Shown here: positions 1 to 10,014 of the stretch, in pieces | Layout: each line of letters begins with the position of its first letter | Numbering within the stretch: the stretch's first letter is position 1 | Source of the DNA: an archaeon | GTDB taxonomy: Archaea; Nanobdellota; Nanobdellia; Woesearchaeales; GW2011-AR9 | NCBI GenBank assembly: GCA_018697095.1 | Contig: JABHSG010000003.1 | Location: 86,895-150,894 of the forward strand | Reading direction: 5' to 3' | Length of the DNA: 64,000 nt | Notes under the pieces: generated by a model | The model's input: only the letters and a program-made list of their open reading frames with translations | The model's database searches: none | What the model was told of the DNA's origin: nothing | Program-made: the position numbers and the translations under genes

Positions 1-1128
1 AAACTCAAAAACCTAGGGTACACTCACGATATAAGAAAAGAACCACTCACAAATACAAATCAGATTTTAGAAATTCTCCCTCAAGACATTGTCTTGCCAC
101 ATTACGAAGAAATTGAAGATGGCGCAGGTTCAGTTTTACTAAGAGTTTCTAAGTTCATTGATGACATCTTAACAAATTTTTACGATCTTCCAGCCCACTA
201 TAATGCAAAAACAAAAGAAGATTTGGTTGGACACCTAGTAATTGGTTTAGCACCCCACATTTCTGCTGGAACAGTTGGCAGAATAATTGGTTATTCTAAT
301 ACTCAAGGACTTCTAACTCACCCAATGTATCACGCAGGAATGAGGCGTGATTGTGATGGAGACGAAGCAGCAATTCTCCTCCTTCTAGATGGTCTAATTA
401 ATTTCTCAAAAAAATATCTCCCCTCTAGTCGTGGTTCCACAATGGACGCCGCACTTGTTCTCACTCCAAACTTAAACCCAGCAGAAGTTGATGATCAAGT
501 ATTAGGAATAGATGTGCAGTGGCGCTACCCATTGGAACTTTACGAAGGCGCACAAGAAATGAAAGCGCCATGGGATATTCGCTGGGGTAAAGACCAAAAG
601 AAAATTGCTCAACTAGACCACAGAATTGGTACAGAGAAACAATACGAAGATTTTGGCTTCACTCATGACGTGGATGATTTTAATGATGGAGTAAAGTGTT
701 CAGCATATAAAACAGTTCCAAGTATGAAAGAAAAACTTTTTGGGCAAATGGAAATCGCAAGAAAACTTCGCGCAGTAGACATGGACCAAGTAGCGCGCCT
801 TGTAATTCAAAAACATTTTCTAGCAGACATAAAAGGAAATTTCCGTAAATTTTCCATGCAAGGGTTTCGTTGTACTAATTGTAATACCAAATACCGTCGC
901 CCACCAGTTTCCGGAAGATGCACGGAATGTAAAAGCCTTAAATCAAAAATAATATTTACCATCTCGCAAGGATCAGTGGTAAAATATCTTGAGATGAGTT
1001 TAGAATTGTGTGATCAATATGATTTTTCACCTTACTTAAAACAAACAATCCATATCTTAAAACAAAATATAGATGTGGTGTTTGGAAAAGTACCAGACAA
1101 ACAAGTTGGGTTAGGCCAATTTATTTGA
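1..1128 (+). CDS. polC: DNA polymerase II (PolD) large subunit DP2, C-terminal part. The frame is open from base 1, so the gene is 5'-partial at the window edge.
   Basis: Open frame from position 1 with no stop before 1128. C-terminal CTNC...(18 aa)...CTEC Zn-finger and conserved DP2-like blocks (GLAPHISAGTVGRIIGY, RRDCDGDEAA). Confidence 0.7.
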   Translation, partial: KLKNLGYTHDIRKEPLTNTNQILEILPQDIVLPHYEEIEDGAGSVLLRVSKFIDDILTNFYDLPAHYNAKTKEDLVGHLVIGLAPHISAGTVGRIIGYSNTQGLLTHPMYHAGMRRDCDGDEAAILLLLDGLINFSKKYLPSSRGSTMDAALVLTPNLNPAEVDDQVLGIDVQWRYPLELYEGAQEMKAPWDIRWGKDQKKIAQLDHRIGTEKQYEDFGFTHDVDDFNDGVKCSAYKTVPSMKEKLFGQMEIARKLRAVDMDQVARLVIQKHFLADIKGNFRKFSMQGFRCTNCNTKYRRPPVSGRCTECKSLKSKIIFTISQGSVVKYLEMSLELCDQYDFSPYLKQTIHILKQNIDVVFGKVPDKQVGLGQFI

Positions 1129-1424
1129 AATTAACTCACACATTTAGGACCGCTACATTTTTAAAAGAAAAAACCTTAACTTTTACCATGGTGGAATTTA
1201 TTGGGTGGGTTCTTAGAGGAGAACAATCACATATCAAAGTGTTACGTAACGACACAATAGAACTTCTAAAACAAGATCAAACCCAGCAAGCAAAAGAAAA
1301 TATGAGAGCGCTTCATGACGAAATTTTTGGTGACCATAACAAAAGAAAAGTAATTACAGCAAACAGTATCGCCTCAAGAAACTCATTAAAATCAATAAAC
1401 ATCTTAGAAAATATTAGAATGTAA
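1125..1424 (+). CDS. Hypothetical small protein; may be spurious.
   Basis: ORF only; no recognisable motif. Confidence 0.25.
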   Translation: MKLTHTFRTATFLKEKTLTFTMVEFIGWVLRGEQSHIKVLRNDTIELLKQDQTQQAKENMRALHDEIFGDHNKRKVITANSIASRNSLKSINILENIRM

Positions 1425-1473
1425 AAAACACAAACTATCAACTAACTTAAAAACCAAAAAATATTTTTCTAAA

Positions 1474-1791
1474 TTAATTTAAATCTTGAATGCCACTAAT
1501 GGTTAAAACCCGAGAATTTTCATCAAAATCAAAACAAACTTCTTTCAAATCATTCACAACCAAATCATTTCCCATTAAGTATAAACTTACATTCCGTAAG
1601 TCATGAAGCCTAATTTTTACGCACTCTGAGAACTCTAATGTTTTAAATGGTACTTTCGCCTTTAAATGAGGATTATTATCAGTAAAAAGTCCTACAACGC
1701 AAGTCCAAAGCCCATCTCTATCACGCCCAGGTTTACGACTAACTACAATACTTTTTCCCGCTAATTTGACACTCATACTTACTTTATCCAA
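1474..1791 (-). CDS. Hypothetical soluble ~100-aa protein (the ATG start is probably at 1776), overlapping the upstream membrane protein gene.
   Basis: ORF; the overlap with 1779..2129 suggests translational coupling. A membrane domain followed by a ~100-aa soluble domain resembles the bacterial PH-like arrangement, but that is weak. Confidence 0.35.
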   Translation of the reverse strand: MDKVSMSVKLAGKSIVVSRKPGRDRDGLWTCVVGLFTDNNPHLKAKVPFKTLEFSECVKIRLHDLRNVSLYLMGNDLVVNDLKEVCFDFDENSRVLTISGIQDLN

Positions 1792-2129
1792 TTCCTTCTT
1801 TTAAATCTTTGGACCCAGTTTTGCTCAAAAGCATAAATTGATAATAAAAGTACAAGAAGATACCATAAAAGTACAAAAAAACGCCTACCAAATGAAGACC
1901 CAACTAAAATACCAATTACTGCACCAAAACAAATCAAAATGATTGGCCAAAAAGGTTCATTGTCTCTGTACAAAACATAAATTCCTCCAGAATAAAAAGC
2001 GACAATAGCAACCCCAACGTATCCAGCAAAACTATTTTTTGCAGTCAATGTAATAATTAAAGTGATGACTAAAAAAATCCCTGCCAAAGTTTCTGGCCAA
2101 TATTCATGAAGATCAATACCTTTTCCCAT
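1779..2129 (-). CDS. Small integral membrane protein (3–4 TM helices).
   Basis: Hydrophobic helices throughout the ORF. Confidence 0.4.
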   Translation of the reverse strand: MGKGIDLHEYWPETLAGIFLVITLIITLTAKNSFAGYVGVAIVAFYSGGIYVLYRDNEPFWPIILICFGAVIGILVGSSFGRRFFVLLWYLLVLLLSIYAFEQNWVQRFKRRNWIK

Positions 2130-2161
2130 TATTCCCTCTAAATCTCACCATTTAAATAAAT

Positions 2162-2899
2162 CTAATCAGTCCACAAATAAGATATTGCTCCAATTATTAG
2201 CCCTAAAGTTAGCCCCACCAAAAGACCAATTCTGCTTTGAGTAATCAAAAGTGACCCAAAAAATAAAAGAGCTAAAACACCAAGAAAATACATCTGGCGA
2301 TCTCCAAAAAACAGTTGCATCCCATCAAGAGTTGGTAGTGGTAAAAGCGTAACAAAAGCAAACATTAGGTTCATTAGCATTGCCTTTTCAAAAAGAGCTG
2401 ATGAAGGAAATGCATATAACAAGAAAGCGAAGATAGCAGCCAATATCAAATGAATGATAACACTCCACATAATTACCATGGCTACATCCTTAAATGATGT
2501 CCCATACCGAAATTCTCCAACACGTTGCCTGACCATGAATGTGGTAGTAACAGCTCCAAGAGCTAGTAGGGGGATATATCCACGAGTAACAATTGCAAGT
2601 AGTAAACTTGCAGCAACTCCAGCCCAAAGAATTTGGTATTCAACATAGTACCCTCTTCGAAGGCCAACCATTTTTTGCCAGCTAACCCTAATTAAAATGC
2701 TAATTGCCGCGATTACGCTTGACCAGATAAAAAAACTAAACCATCTACTAATTGTAAAAGATTCTCCAGGGAAACGTAAACTAAAAATGAGTCCAGCAAA
2801 CAAAGCTACCAGCACAAATGCAATTTTTTCTGGTTTACTATAAGCTAAAAACTGTTTAATTCTAGCCCGCTGCTCCTGATCAATTCCTCCCATAAACAT
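2162..2899 (-). CDS. Polytopic membrane protein, function unknown.
   Basis: Multiple predicted TM segments. Confidence 0.4.
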   Translation of the reverse strand: MFMGGIDQEQRARIKQFLAYSKPEKIAFVLVALFAGLIFSLRFPGESFTISRWFSFFIWSSVIAAISILIRVSWQKMVGLRRGYYVEYQILWAGVAASLLLAIVTRGYIPLLALGAVTTTFMVRQRVGEFRYGTSFKDVAMVIMWSVIIHLILAAIFAFLLYAFPSSALFEKAMLMNLMFAFVTLLPLPTLDGMQLFFGDRQMYFLGVLALLFFGSLLITQSRIGLLVGLTLGLIIGAISYLWTD

Positions 2900-2975
2900 T
2901 CATAAACGAAAATTGTATTTAATCCTTTCTAATGAAGCAATCCATACTCGACATAAATTAACTATTATGGCCAAA

Positions 2976-4196
2976 CTAAATCAGTTTAACTAAAACGTAA
3001 CTGTGTTCTCCATGTCCGCGCAACAAAGATCCACGTGAAATCTCTTCAAATCGGTCAGACACAGGCAATTCCAGAAGTTGTCTACATATAATGAGTGCCT
3101 TCCCTCCATTTACTAAAACCTCAGAAAGCTGATAATATAATTCATTTAAGTCCCTTTCATCCTTGCGAGTTAATCGGATAATCGCTAAATCAAATTGATC
3201 ATTACCAAGATTAAATGCATATTCATCAAGAGGCATTTTAGAAAAACGAATAGAATCAAAAACATTTGCAACTTTCGAATTACTCTGTGAAGACCTAACA
3301 TTCGGGGAAGACGCACTAACAAAAGTAACTTTTTTATCTTCATTTTTCACAAACTCAATTGACCCATTTTCAACTTCATAAGTTTCAGTATCAAAAGAAT
3401 CAACAAATAAAGGGATTTTCTCTAAAATATCTTTTTGAACTTCTCTTACGTCGGTGCCATTATGCATCAAAGCAGCTTCAATTGCAAACATCCCATCGCG
3501 TCCTTGACAAACTAGTAGCTTTTCACTAGATTTTTTCGCTCCAAGCACTCTTAAAAAAGCAGCAGCAAAATCTCCTTTGTATCCAGCTTTGTGATGAAAA
3601 ACACGATAAGCCCGAGAATCTAAATTTTCAGAATGCAACTTCAAACCAAGTAAATATTTATTCTCATTAGCACTCTTCCCTTCAATTGGGCCAAGAATTT
3701 CTTCGGTACAATAAACAACAAACCGGTACTGTGGATTTTTATAATCAATTTTTGACTCAACACCGCACTTATTTTTTAATGCGTCCCGAATATTTTGTGA
3801 AACTTTTCCACAAATCGCAATTCTATTCTCATTACCACGTACTCCTTCAACAGAAACACTAAGTGTAACTCCTTTTTCATTAGTATCCAAACCTAAAAAG
3901 TCTTTAAACGCAAGTAAGGAGTTAACATCCAACCCGTCAACGGCCTCAGCAGTCCCAAGAAGTAAATGCATGGAAGCTGCCAAGTGCCCTTTACGCAAGT
4001 AATTAACTAAATCATTAACTTGTCCAGAAAAAAAGCAAGCATCACGCATTAAAGAAACATCAGAAAAACAACCACTATTCTCATTAGTAGAGTCAAATTC
4101 ACTCACTTCATCATATAAAAAAGAAGAAATCCCAGGGTTGCTTATTGCAAAAACCCTACGGGCCACAGACAAATCATTATCAGTATTATTCGACAT
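2976..4196 (-). CDS. THUMP-domain RNA methyltransferase-like protein (Trm14/RlmL family). The SAM-binding motif I is degenerate, so it is possibly catalytically inactive.
   Basis: The block ...[36 protein letters not shown] resembles the family block ...LAAAM..LAG...LLDPMCGSGT(I/F)LIEAAL, but the DPMCGSGT motif is replaced by CQGRDGMF. No DPPY motif found. The start overlaps the gyrA stop by 11 nt. Confidence 0.35.
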   Translation of the reverse strand: MSNNTDNDLSVARRVFAISNPGISSFLYDEVSEFDSTNENSGCFSDVSLMRDACFFSGQVNDLVNYLRKGHLAASMHLLLGTAEAVDGLDVNSLLAFKDFLGLDTNEKGVTLSVSVEGVRGNENRIAICGKVSQNIRDALKNKCGVESKIDYKNPQYRFVVYCTEEILGPIEGKSANENKYLLGLKLHSENLDSRAYRVFHHKAGYKGDFAAAFLRVLGAKKSSEKLLVCQGRDGMFAIEAALMHNGTDVREVQKDILEKIPLFVDSFDTETYEVENGSIEFVKNEDKKVTFVSASSPNVRSSQSNSKVANVFDSIRFSKMPLDEYAFNLGNDQFDLAIIRLTRKDERDLNELYYQLSEVLVNGGKALIICRQLLELPVSDRFEEISRGSLLRGHGEHSYVLVKLI

Positions 4197-6939
4197 CTTT
4201 TTGGTCCTCCACTAAAGAACCATCCTCTGTTGAACTCTCATCACTTGCCTTAGTATCACTTTTTTCTTCTAACAAAACAGGCGAAGGAGTTTCAGACACA
4301 TCTCCATCCCCTAGATTCTCGTTTTCCAAATTTTCATCTTCTAAAACAACTTCTCCATCAGAGCCATCTTCATCAGCTTCAATAAGAGCTACAGCCGCAA
4401 CTTCATCACCTTCAACTTTAAATCGCATAACACGAACCCCTTGTGTAGCTCGCCCAATTGTAGGAACTGCAGAGACTTTAACCCGAATAGCAATTCCCTC
4501 GCGACTCATAAGCATCAATCCTTCATCGCCCAAAACAAGCCTAGAACTAACTACTGGCCCATTTTTTTCAGTAACTTTCAAATTAATAACTCCTTTCCCT
4601 CCACGGTTACTGAGCCTATAATCTGAAACTTTACTTTTTTTACCATAACCTCTTTTTGTAATTGTAAGAACTTGCATTTCAGGGTTTGATACTAATACAG
4701 ATACAACCTTATCAGAATCTCGAAGTCTTATCCCTCTAACTCCTCTTGCGGTTCTTCCCATAGAACGAACATTCTCACTCATAAACCTGTTAGCATACCC
4801 TCGCTCAGTAACGAGCAAAATATTGTCTCCGCCATTACATAACCTAACTCCAACAAGTGAATCTCCTTCAAGAAGTTCAATTGCCCGAATACCACCACGT
4901 CTTGGGCGGCTAAACAAACTAAGGTTTGTTTTTTTAACAGTTCCACTAGCGGTTGCAAAAAACAAGCAACTATCTCCAGTTTCAGAATCATCTCCTTCAG
5001 CAGATTCGTTTTCAAAAGAATTAACTGGAATGATTGCACTTACTGTTTCACCTTCGCCAAGTTCAACAATATTTGCAGAGTGTTTACCACGAGATTGTCG
5101 ACTTCCTTCTGGAATACGGTAAGTTTTAACCCAATGTACTCGCCCAAGATTTGTAAAAAGAAGTAGCCATGCATGAGTAGAACAAACAAATACTTCATCT
5201 ACAAAATCTCCGTCCTTCATTCCTTGAGCTACAACTCCTTTCCCACCACGATTTTGCACCCTGTAAGTATCAACTGGTAGCCTTTTTAGGTAGCCAGCAT
5301 TAGTAAGAGTAATAACAACTTGTTCTTCTTCAATCAAATCTTCAATATCCAAGTCATCATCTTCATTGAAAATAATTTTACTACGTCTTGGCCCGCCGTA
5401 TTTTTCTGAAACTTCAACAGTTTCATCGCGAATAATTTTGTAAATTCGTTCTTCAGAAGCAAGAATAGATTTAAGCTCAGTTACAATCTCAACAAGTGCA
5501 TCGTGTTCAGATTTAATTTTCTCTCGTTCAAGAGCAGCAAGTTTTTGCAGTTTCAATTCAAGAATTGCCTTAGCTTGTTCTAAACTCAAACTGTATTCAG
5601 TAATCAAATGGTTCCGAGCATCTTCAACGGATTTACTACTACGAATAGCAGGAATCACATCATCTAAATTAATCAAAGCAATCAAAAGCCCCTCTAAAAT
5701 ATGTAGCCTGCTTTCTGCTTGCCTAAGTTCATATTGAGTCCGACGAACAACAATTTCTTTTCTGTGGGCAATGTAATATACAAGCATATCTTTAAGCCCA
5801 AGCATTCGTGGGGAATTATCAACAAGCGCGAGCATGTTCAAATTAAAAGAAGTTTTCAAATTAGAAAATTTGTATAATTGGTTTAACACTATTTGCGCAT
5901 CAGCATTAGTTTTTAATTTGATCACAACCCTAATTCCATCTCGGTCACTCTCATCATTAATATCTGATATCCCTTCAACACGTTTTTCTTTGACAAGAGA
6001 AGCGATGTGAATAATCAAATCAGACTTATTTACTTGGTAAGGAATTTCAGAAACAATGATTTTTGCACCACGACTACCTTGCCCAGCCTCTTCTATATGC
6101 GCAACTGACTTCATAATCACTCGGCCTTTCCCGCCATTGTAAGCATTAAGCAAACTCCCACCAACATAAACTTCAGCGCCAGTTGGGAAATCAGGCCCAG
6201 GTACAAGTTTCACAAGTTCAGAAAGTTCAACTTCCGGATTATCAAGAATCGCCAGAATAGCATTACAAAGCTCAGTAAGGTTATGAGGGGGTATATTTGT
6301 TGCCATCCCAACAGCAATCCCACTACTCCCATTCATCAAAAGATTTGGAATTCTAGAAGGCAAAACAGTAGGCTCTTTTAGACTTTCATCAAAATTTCCC
6401 CGAAAATCAACAGTATCCTTTTTCAAATCAGCAAGCATTTCTTCAGCTAACTTAGATAGTTTAGCTTCAGTATAACGCATAGCTGCAGCGTTGTCCCCAT
6501 CAATAGACCCAAAATTACCTTGACCTTTAATGAGTGGATAACGAAGGCTAAACCCTTGGACCATCCTAACTAAAGCATCATAAACAGACTGATCACCATG
6601 TGGGTGATATTTCCCAAGAACTTCTCCTACAATACGTGCAGATTTCTTTGACGGTTTATTGTGAAACATCCCTAAGTCATGCATTGCGTACAAAATACGC
6701 CGATGTACCGGTTTAAGGCCATCACGTACATCCGGAAGTGCCCGACCAACAATTACAGCCATAGCATACGTAATATACGCCTTCTTCATCTCGTCTTCAA
6801 CGAGCATAGGCACAATCTTATCGTGAGTTTCCTCAAGAATATTTTCTCCTGGAACAGCACCAGAACTACTATCTAAATCTTGAATTTCAGGGGTTTCGAC
6901 ATCTACCAAACCTTCTTCGGGCTGTTCATTTGAATCCAT
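4186..6939 (-). CDS. gyrA: DNA gyrase subunit A.
   Basis: Classic GyrA/ParC N-terminal motifs ([23 protein letters not shown], catalytic Tyr region), 917 aa, C-terminal beta-pinwheel repeats and an acidic tail. Confidence 0.93.
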   Translation of the reverse strand: MDSNEQPEEGLVDVETPEIQDLDSSSGAVPGENILEETHDKIVPMLVEDEMKKAYITYAMAVIVGRALPDVRDGLKPVHRRILYAMHDLGMFHNKPSKKSARIVGEVLGKYHPHGDQSVYDALVRMVQGFSLRYPLIKGQGNFGSIDGDNAAAMRYTEAKLSKLAEEMLADLKKDTVDFRGNFDESLKEPTVLPSRIPNLLMNGSSGIAVGMATNIPPHNLTELCNAILAILDNPEVELSELVKLVPGPDFPTGAEVYVGGSLLNAYNGGKGRVIMKSVAHIEEAGQGSRGAKIIVSEIPYQVNKSDLIIHIASLVKEKRVEGISDINDESDRDGIRVVIKLKTNADAQIVLNQLYKFSNLKTSFNLNMLALVDNSPRMLGLKDMLVYYIAHRKEIVVRRTQYELRQAESRLHILEGLLIALINLDDVIPAIRSSKSVEDARNHLITEYSLSLEQAKAILELKLQKLAALEREKIKSEHDALVEIVTELKSILASEERIYKIIRDETVEVSEKYGGPRRSKIIFNEDDDLDIEDLIEEEQVVITLTNAGYLKRLPVDTYRVQNRGGKGVVAQGMKDGDFVDEVFVCSTHAWLLLFTNLGRVHWVKTYRIPEGSRQSRGKHSANIVELGEGETVSAIIPVNSFENESAEGDDSETGDSCLFFATASGTVKKTNLSLFSRPRRGGIRAIELLEGDSLVGVRLCNGGDNILLVTERGYANRFMSENVRSMGRTARGVRGIRLRDSDKVVSVLVSNPEMQVLTITKRGYGKKSKVSDYRLSNRGGKGVINLKVTEKNGPVVSSRLVLGDEGLMLMSREGIAIRVKVSAVPTIGRATQGVRVMRFKVEGDEVAAVALIEADEDGSDGEVVLEDENLENENLGDGDVSETPSPVLLEEKSDTKASDESSTEDGSLVEDQKDVE

Positions 6940-7118
6940 AAAAACGCTTCAAAAAACCCTCTTAGAATAACTACTCTTTTCCACGAGAAAATAGGCTTAA
7001 AACGCTTTATAAACCTTGTGGTGATACTGGCCACAAATCACTAAAAAAACTTCAAAACAACCAACGCTCTCAAAAAAGCAGCAAAGCCCTTAAATAACTC
7101 AGTAAAACTAAAACAGAC

Positions 7119-7682
7119 GTGGTCATCGAAATCGAAGTAAAAATTCTTGAAATTGATAAAGAGAAAGTAATGCAAACCTTAAGAGACCTTGGCGCAGAAG
7201 AACTTGAAGAAATCTTAATTGAAGAAAGAGCTTTTGACTTTTCAGACAATTCACTAATTAAAAAAAGAGCATTTCTAAGAGTAAGGAAAAAAGCAAACAA
7301 AACATCAATTGACCTTAAAACGTCAAAAAATAAAGAATGGGGAGAAGGGACTTTTCAAGAAGCAGAAGAGATCGAGTTTGATGTAAGCGACTCAGAAAAA
7401 GCTAAGCAATTATTTCTCGCACTTGGCCTAAAACAAATAAAACATCGCCAAAAAAATCGTAAAACATTCAAAATAAATACAAAAGATATTCAATCCATAA
7501 TTGATATAGATACTTTTCCAAATACACCTACTTATATGGAAGTAGAAGGCAGCAAAGAAAATATAATAAAAACATTAAAACTTCTTGGATATTCTTTGGA
7601 AGACACTTGTTCTCTACCAGCATCAAAAATTCTTGAGCATCATGGTAAAAACCCAGACAACATTTTTTTTGAAAAGAAATAA
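7119..7682 (+). CDS. CYTH-domain protein (CyaB/thiamine-triphosphatase-like triphosphate tunnel enzyme), GTG start.
   Basis: N-terminal EIEVKxL motif and acidic/basic pattern typical of the CYTH fold. Confidence 0.55.
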   Translation: MVIEIEVKILEIDKEKVMQTLRDLGAEELEEILIEERAFDFSDNSLIKKRAFLRVRKKANKTSIDLKTSKNKEWGEGTFQEAEEIEFDVSDSEKAKQLFLALGLKQIKHRQKNRKTFKINTKDIQSIIDIDTFPNTPTYMEVEGSKENIIKTLKLLGYSLEDTCSLPASKILEHHGKNPDNIFFEKK

Positions 7683-7714
7683 ATTTATTCACGACAAAAA
7701 ACAAGATCTACAAA

Positions 7715-8365
7715 TTATTCTAACCCAATATTGTCATCAATTTTTGCACTTTGCATAGCGCGAGATATTTCTCCTCGGTGCGCAGCATCTAGTGAATATT
7801 GTTCACTAAGTCTTTCTGTTTCATCAATTTCCTTATCAAGACTGTCAGCGTCTTCTAACACTTCTTGTGGTACTGTTGCCAAAAAAGCTTCTTTAGCTTC
7901 CTCTGAAGGGAGATCAAAATATTGAAAAAATTTCTTAGTCAATTTAACTTTAAAAGTTCGCCCAAACGGAACTTTCTCAATAAACCCTCGCTCAACGAGC
8001 GCACGCATATGTTCATATGCCCCACTTCCACGTAGCTTAACAATCTCTGATTGTACTATTGGATATTTCCAAGCAATTACTGCCAAGGTTTCCATAAGTG
8101 GCCTTTCAAGTTCAGTCTCTTCAACAAGAGTTGAGACAACAGGAATATATTTGTCGCGCACAGTTAGTTTCCACATCCCGTCATCATAGTCTTCTACCTT
8201 AAGGCTACTATTTTCTAAAGCTACATACTCTTTTTGTAAATTTTTCAGAACTTTATTCACTTCTTTAAGTTCAAGACTAGTCAAAATAGCGATTTTCTCA
8301 GGGCTGATCTTCTTCCCTACAGCAAAAAGTATTGCTTCCACTTGTCGCATCGAATCCATATCCAA
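7715..8365 (-). CDS. scpB: Segregation and condensation protein B (ScpB).
   Basis: Tandem winged-helix ScpB pattern (EAILFA..., ...AVIAWKYPIVQSEIVKLRGSGAYEHMRALVERGFI). Confidence 0.75.
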   Translation of the reverse strand: MDMDSMRQVEAILFAVGKKISPEKIAILTSLELKEVNKVLKNLQKEYVALENSSLKVEDYDDGMWKLTVRDKYIPVVSTLVEETELERPLMETLAVIAWKYPIVQSEIVKLRGSGAYEHMRALVERGFIEKVPFGRTFKVKLTKKFFQYFDLPSEEAKEAFLATVPQEVLEDADSLDKEIDETERLSEQYSLDAAHRGEISRAMQSAKIDDNIGLE

Positions 8366-8429
8366 AAGACCAAGAATCAGCTATTTAAACCTTCTTAGAA
8401 CTAGAATAACTACTTAAGCGTAGTAACTT

Positions 8430-8437
8430 TTATAAAA
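8430..8437 (+). promoter_or_regulatory. Palindromic TATA box (TTTTATAA) centred about 25 nt upstream of the ATG at 8458; leaderless promoter candidate.
   Basis: Archaeal TATA consensus at the expected distance from the start codon. Confidence 0.35.
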
Positions 8438-8457
8438 GAAGACCATTTCAACAAATC

Positions 8458-9351
8458 ATGTCAAAATACTCCACGTTTGCCTTGGCCTTAGCAATTGGTT
8501 CAATGGCTTGTGCACCAGAAGGAGACCAATTCACTCCCGAGCAGCTAGAGCAAGCACAAGCTGGTGGCCAAAGAATGATCCCAATGGTGAATTCCTTTAA
8601 AGGCCTAGCTACCCACCTAGAAGGTGATGCTGTTTACGGAACTGTCTTACAAGGTCAAGGAGCATTTGAAAGGTTCACAACTGATCAACTAGAAACTTCA
8701 CAAGAATATCTCACTGATTCTGAAAATAGATTACGAACGCTACCAGACATTTTTTTTGAAGGCGAAGAATATGATAAAGCAGCTTTTTATCAAGGAGGGA
8801 AGACATTTTTTAGAGTAGCTTATGATGACAAACTCAAAGCTGATGATTCAGATCAACATCACGAATTTGGCCATGCAGCAAGGCCCATACTTTCCAAGCA
8901 TAAAGAAAAAATCTTAGAAGAAAGAGCAAAAAATGACAACACTCAGACAGTTTGCGAAGCTTATGGCGAACTTGCAAAAGAAGAGAAAGACCCAGTAGTT
9001 TTGCAAGATTGTTTGGTCCAACCATATATTTTTGCAAATGGGAAAAGCCCTTACACAAATATGTTAAGAACTAATGATTATATTGTTAGGGAAGAAGGTG
9101 AAAAAACCAGCAAAGAAATTTGTGAGATTTTAGAAGGTGATTTTCCTGGGACTTACACTACCTGGAAACAAGACCTCGAAGAAAATCTTCCAGATTCTAC
9201 TTATCCAAAAACACTAACTAACTGGGGGATAACTAGGGAAGTTTACGCAAAAGAATTCCAAAAAAACAAAAAACTATACAAGGTGGAAAGAGAATTTTTC
9301 GACGATATTTTAGGCGACTTAGCAATGAAAAACAAGTGTTCTTGGTACTAA
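8458..9351 (+). CDS. Secreted protein with an HExxH (HEFGH) zincin-like motif; putative metallopeptidase.
   Basis: N-terminal signal peptide (MSKYSTFALALAIGSMACA) and an HHEFGHAA motif. Confidence 0.35.
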   Translation: MSKYSTFALALAIGSMACAPEGDQFTPEQLEQAQAGGQRMIPMVNSFKGLATHLEGDAVYGTVLQGQGAFERFTTDQLETSQEYLTDSENRLRTLPDIFFEGEEYDKAAFYQGGKTFFRVAYDDKLKADDSDQHHEFGHAARPILSKHKEKILEERAKNDNTQTVCEAYGELAKEEKDPVVLQDCLVQPYIFANGKSPYTNMLRTNDYIVREEGEKTSKEICEILEGDFPGTYTTWKQDLEENLPDSTYPKTLTNWGITREVYAKEFQKNKKLYKVEREFFDDILGDLAMKNKCSWY

Positions 9352-9391
9352 AAAACTAAGGTCCAGAAACTTAAATAAAATAATCACCTCA

Positions 9392-9970
9392 CTATTTTTT
9401 TCCACTAACCCGAACATACAATTCTCCATCCAAATCAACTTTTTTATCATCAATTAATTTGTCAAGGTAATCTCCAAGTTTATCTTCTGCAACTCCAGTA
9501 AAAGAACTAAGCTGAGTTAATGTCAATTTATTTTTACTTAGTAAAACTAAAATGTAATTACGTAAAAGACCAGCCATGTTCCTTGAAGTCAAATCATTTT
9601 TCATCTTCATTTGTTTTGCAACCATATCAACTTGGTGTAATCTTCCTTGAAGATCATTTAGATAATCTGTGAATTCTTTTTGCCCAAGTTCAAGTGTTTG
9701 TGGGCTCACAATATTAACTGATGAAGGCATATAATCAAAACAAAACTCTGTGATCTTCTGAACATCTGAGCAAGATACATCTACTTCACAAAAAGTACTC
9801 CATAAATCAGTATTTTCTTGTTTTTGTGTGGAAGCGACTTGTTTTTCAGACATAATAAAACGTTCATCTTCAGAAACTTTTTTAACAATATTTTCAATCA
9901 TTTCAGAAACGTGTTTTTCTGGTTTTCCAAGTACTTCAATAATAGCGTGAAATTTAATCTCTTTTTCCAT
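9392..9970 (-). CDS. Hypothetical protein, possibly with a C-terminal winged-helix-like domain.
   Basis: ORF; the C-terminal LTLTQLSSFTGVAEDKLGDYLDKL resembles wHTH recognition helices. Confidence 0.3.
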   Translation of the reverse strand: MEKEIKFHAIIEVLGKPEKHVSEMIENIVKKVSEDERFIMSEKQVASTQKQENTDLWSTFCEVDVSCSDVQKITEFCFDYMPSSVNIVSPQTLELGQKEFTDYLNDLQGRLHQVDMVAKQMKMKNDLTSRNMAGLLRNYILVLLSKNKLTLTQLSSFTGVAEDKLGDYLDKLIDDKKVDLDGELYVRVSGKK

Positions 9971-10014
9971 CTTAAATCTCAGCTTTCTACTCTTTTAAGC
10001 TTTTTGGCTAACAA

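Noticed and set aside
4621-4621. Possible second tRNA or ncRNA candidates at other GC-richer spots (for example 46040–46110 and 49990–50090).
   Set aside because: No tRNA-like T-loop (GTTCRANYC) or acceptor pairing could be folded by hand. Left uncalled.
4145-5122. Antisense ORFs inside gyrA (4145..4621, 4441..4626, 4779..5039, 4823..5122, 6679..6876).
   Set aside because: They are fully embedded in, and antisense or out of frame to, a strongly conserved gyrA; low-complexity translations; spurious.
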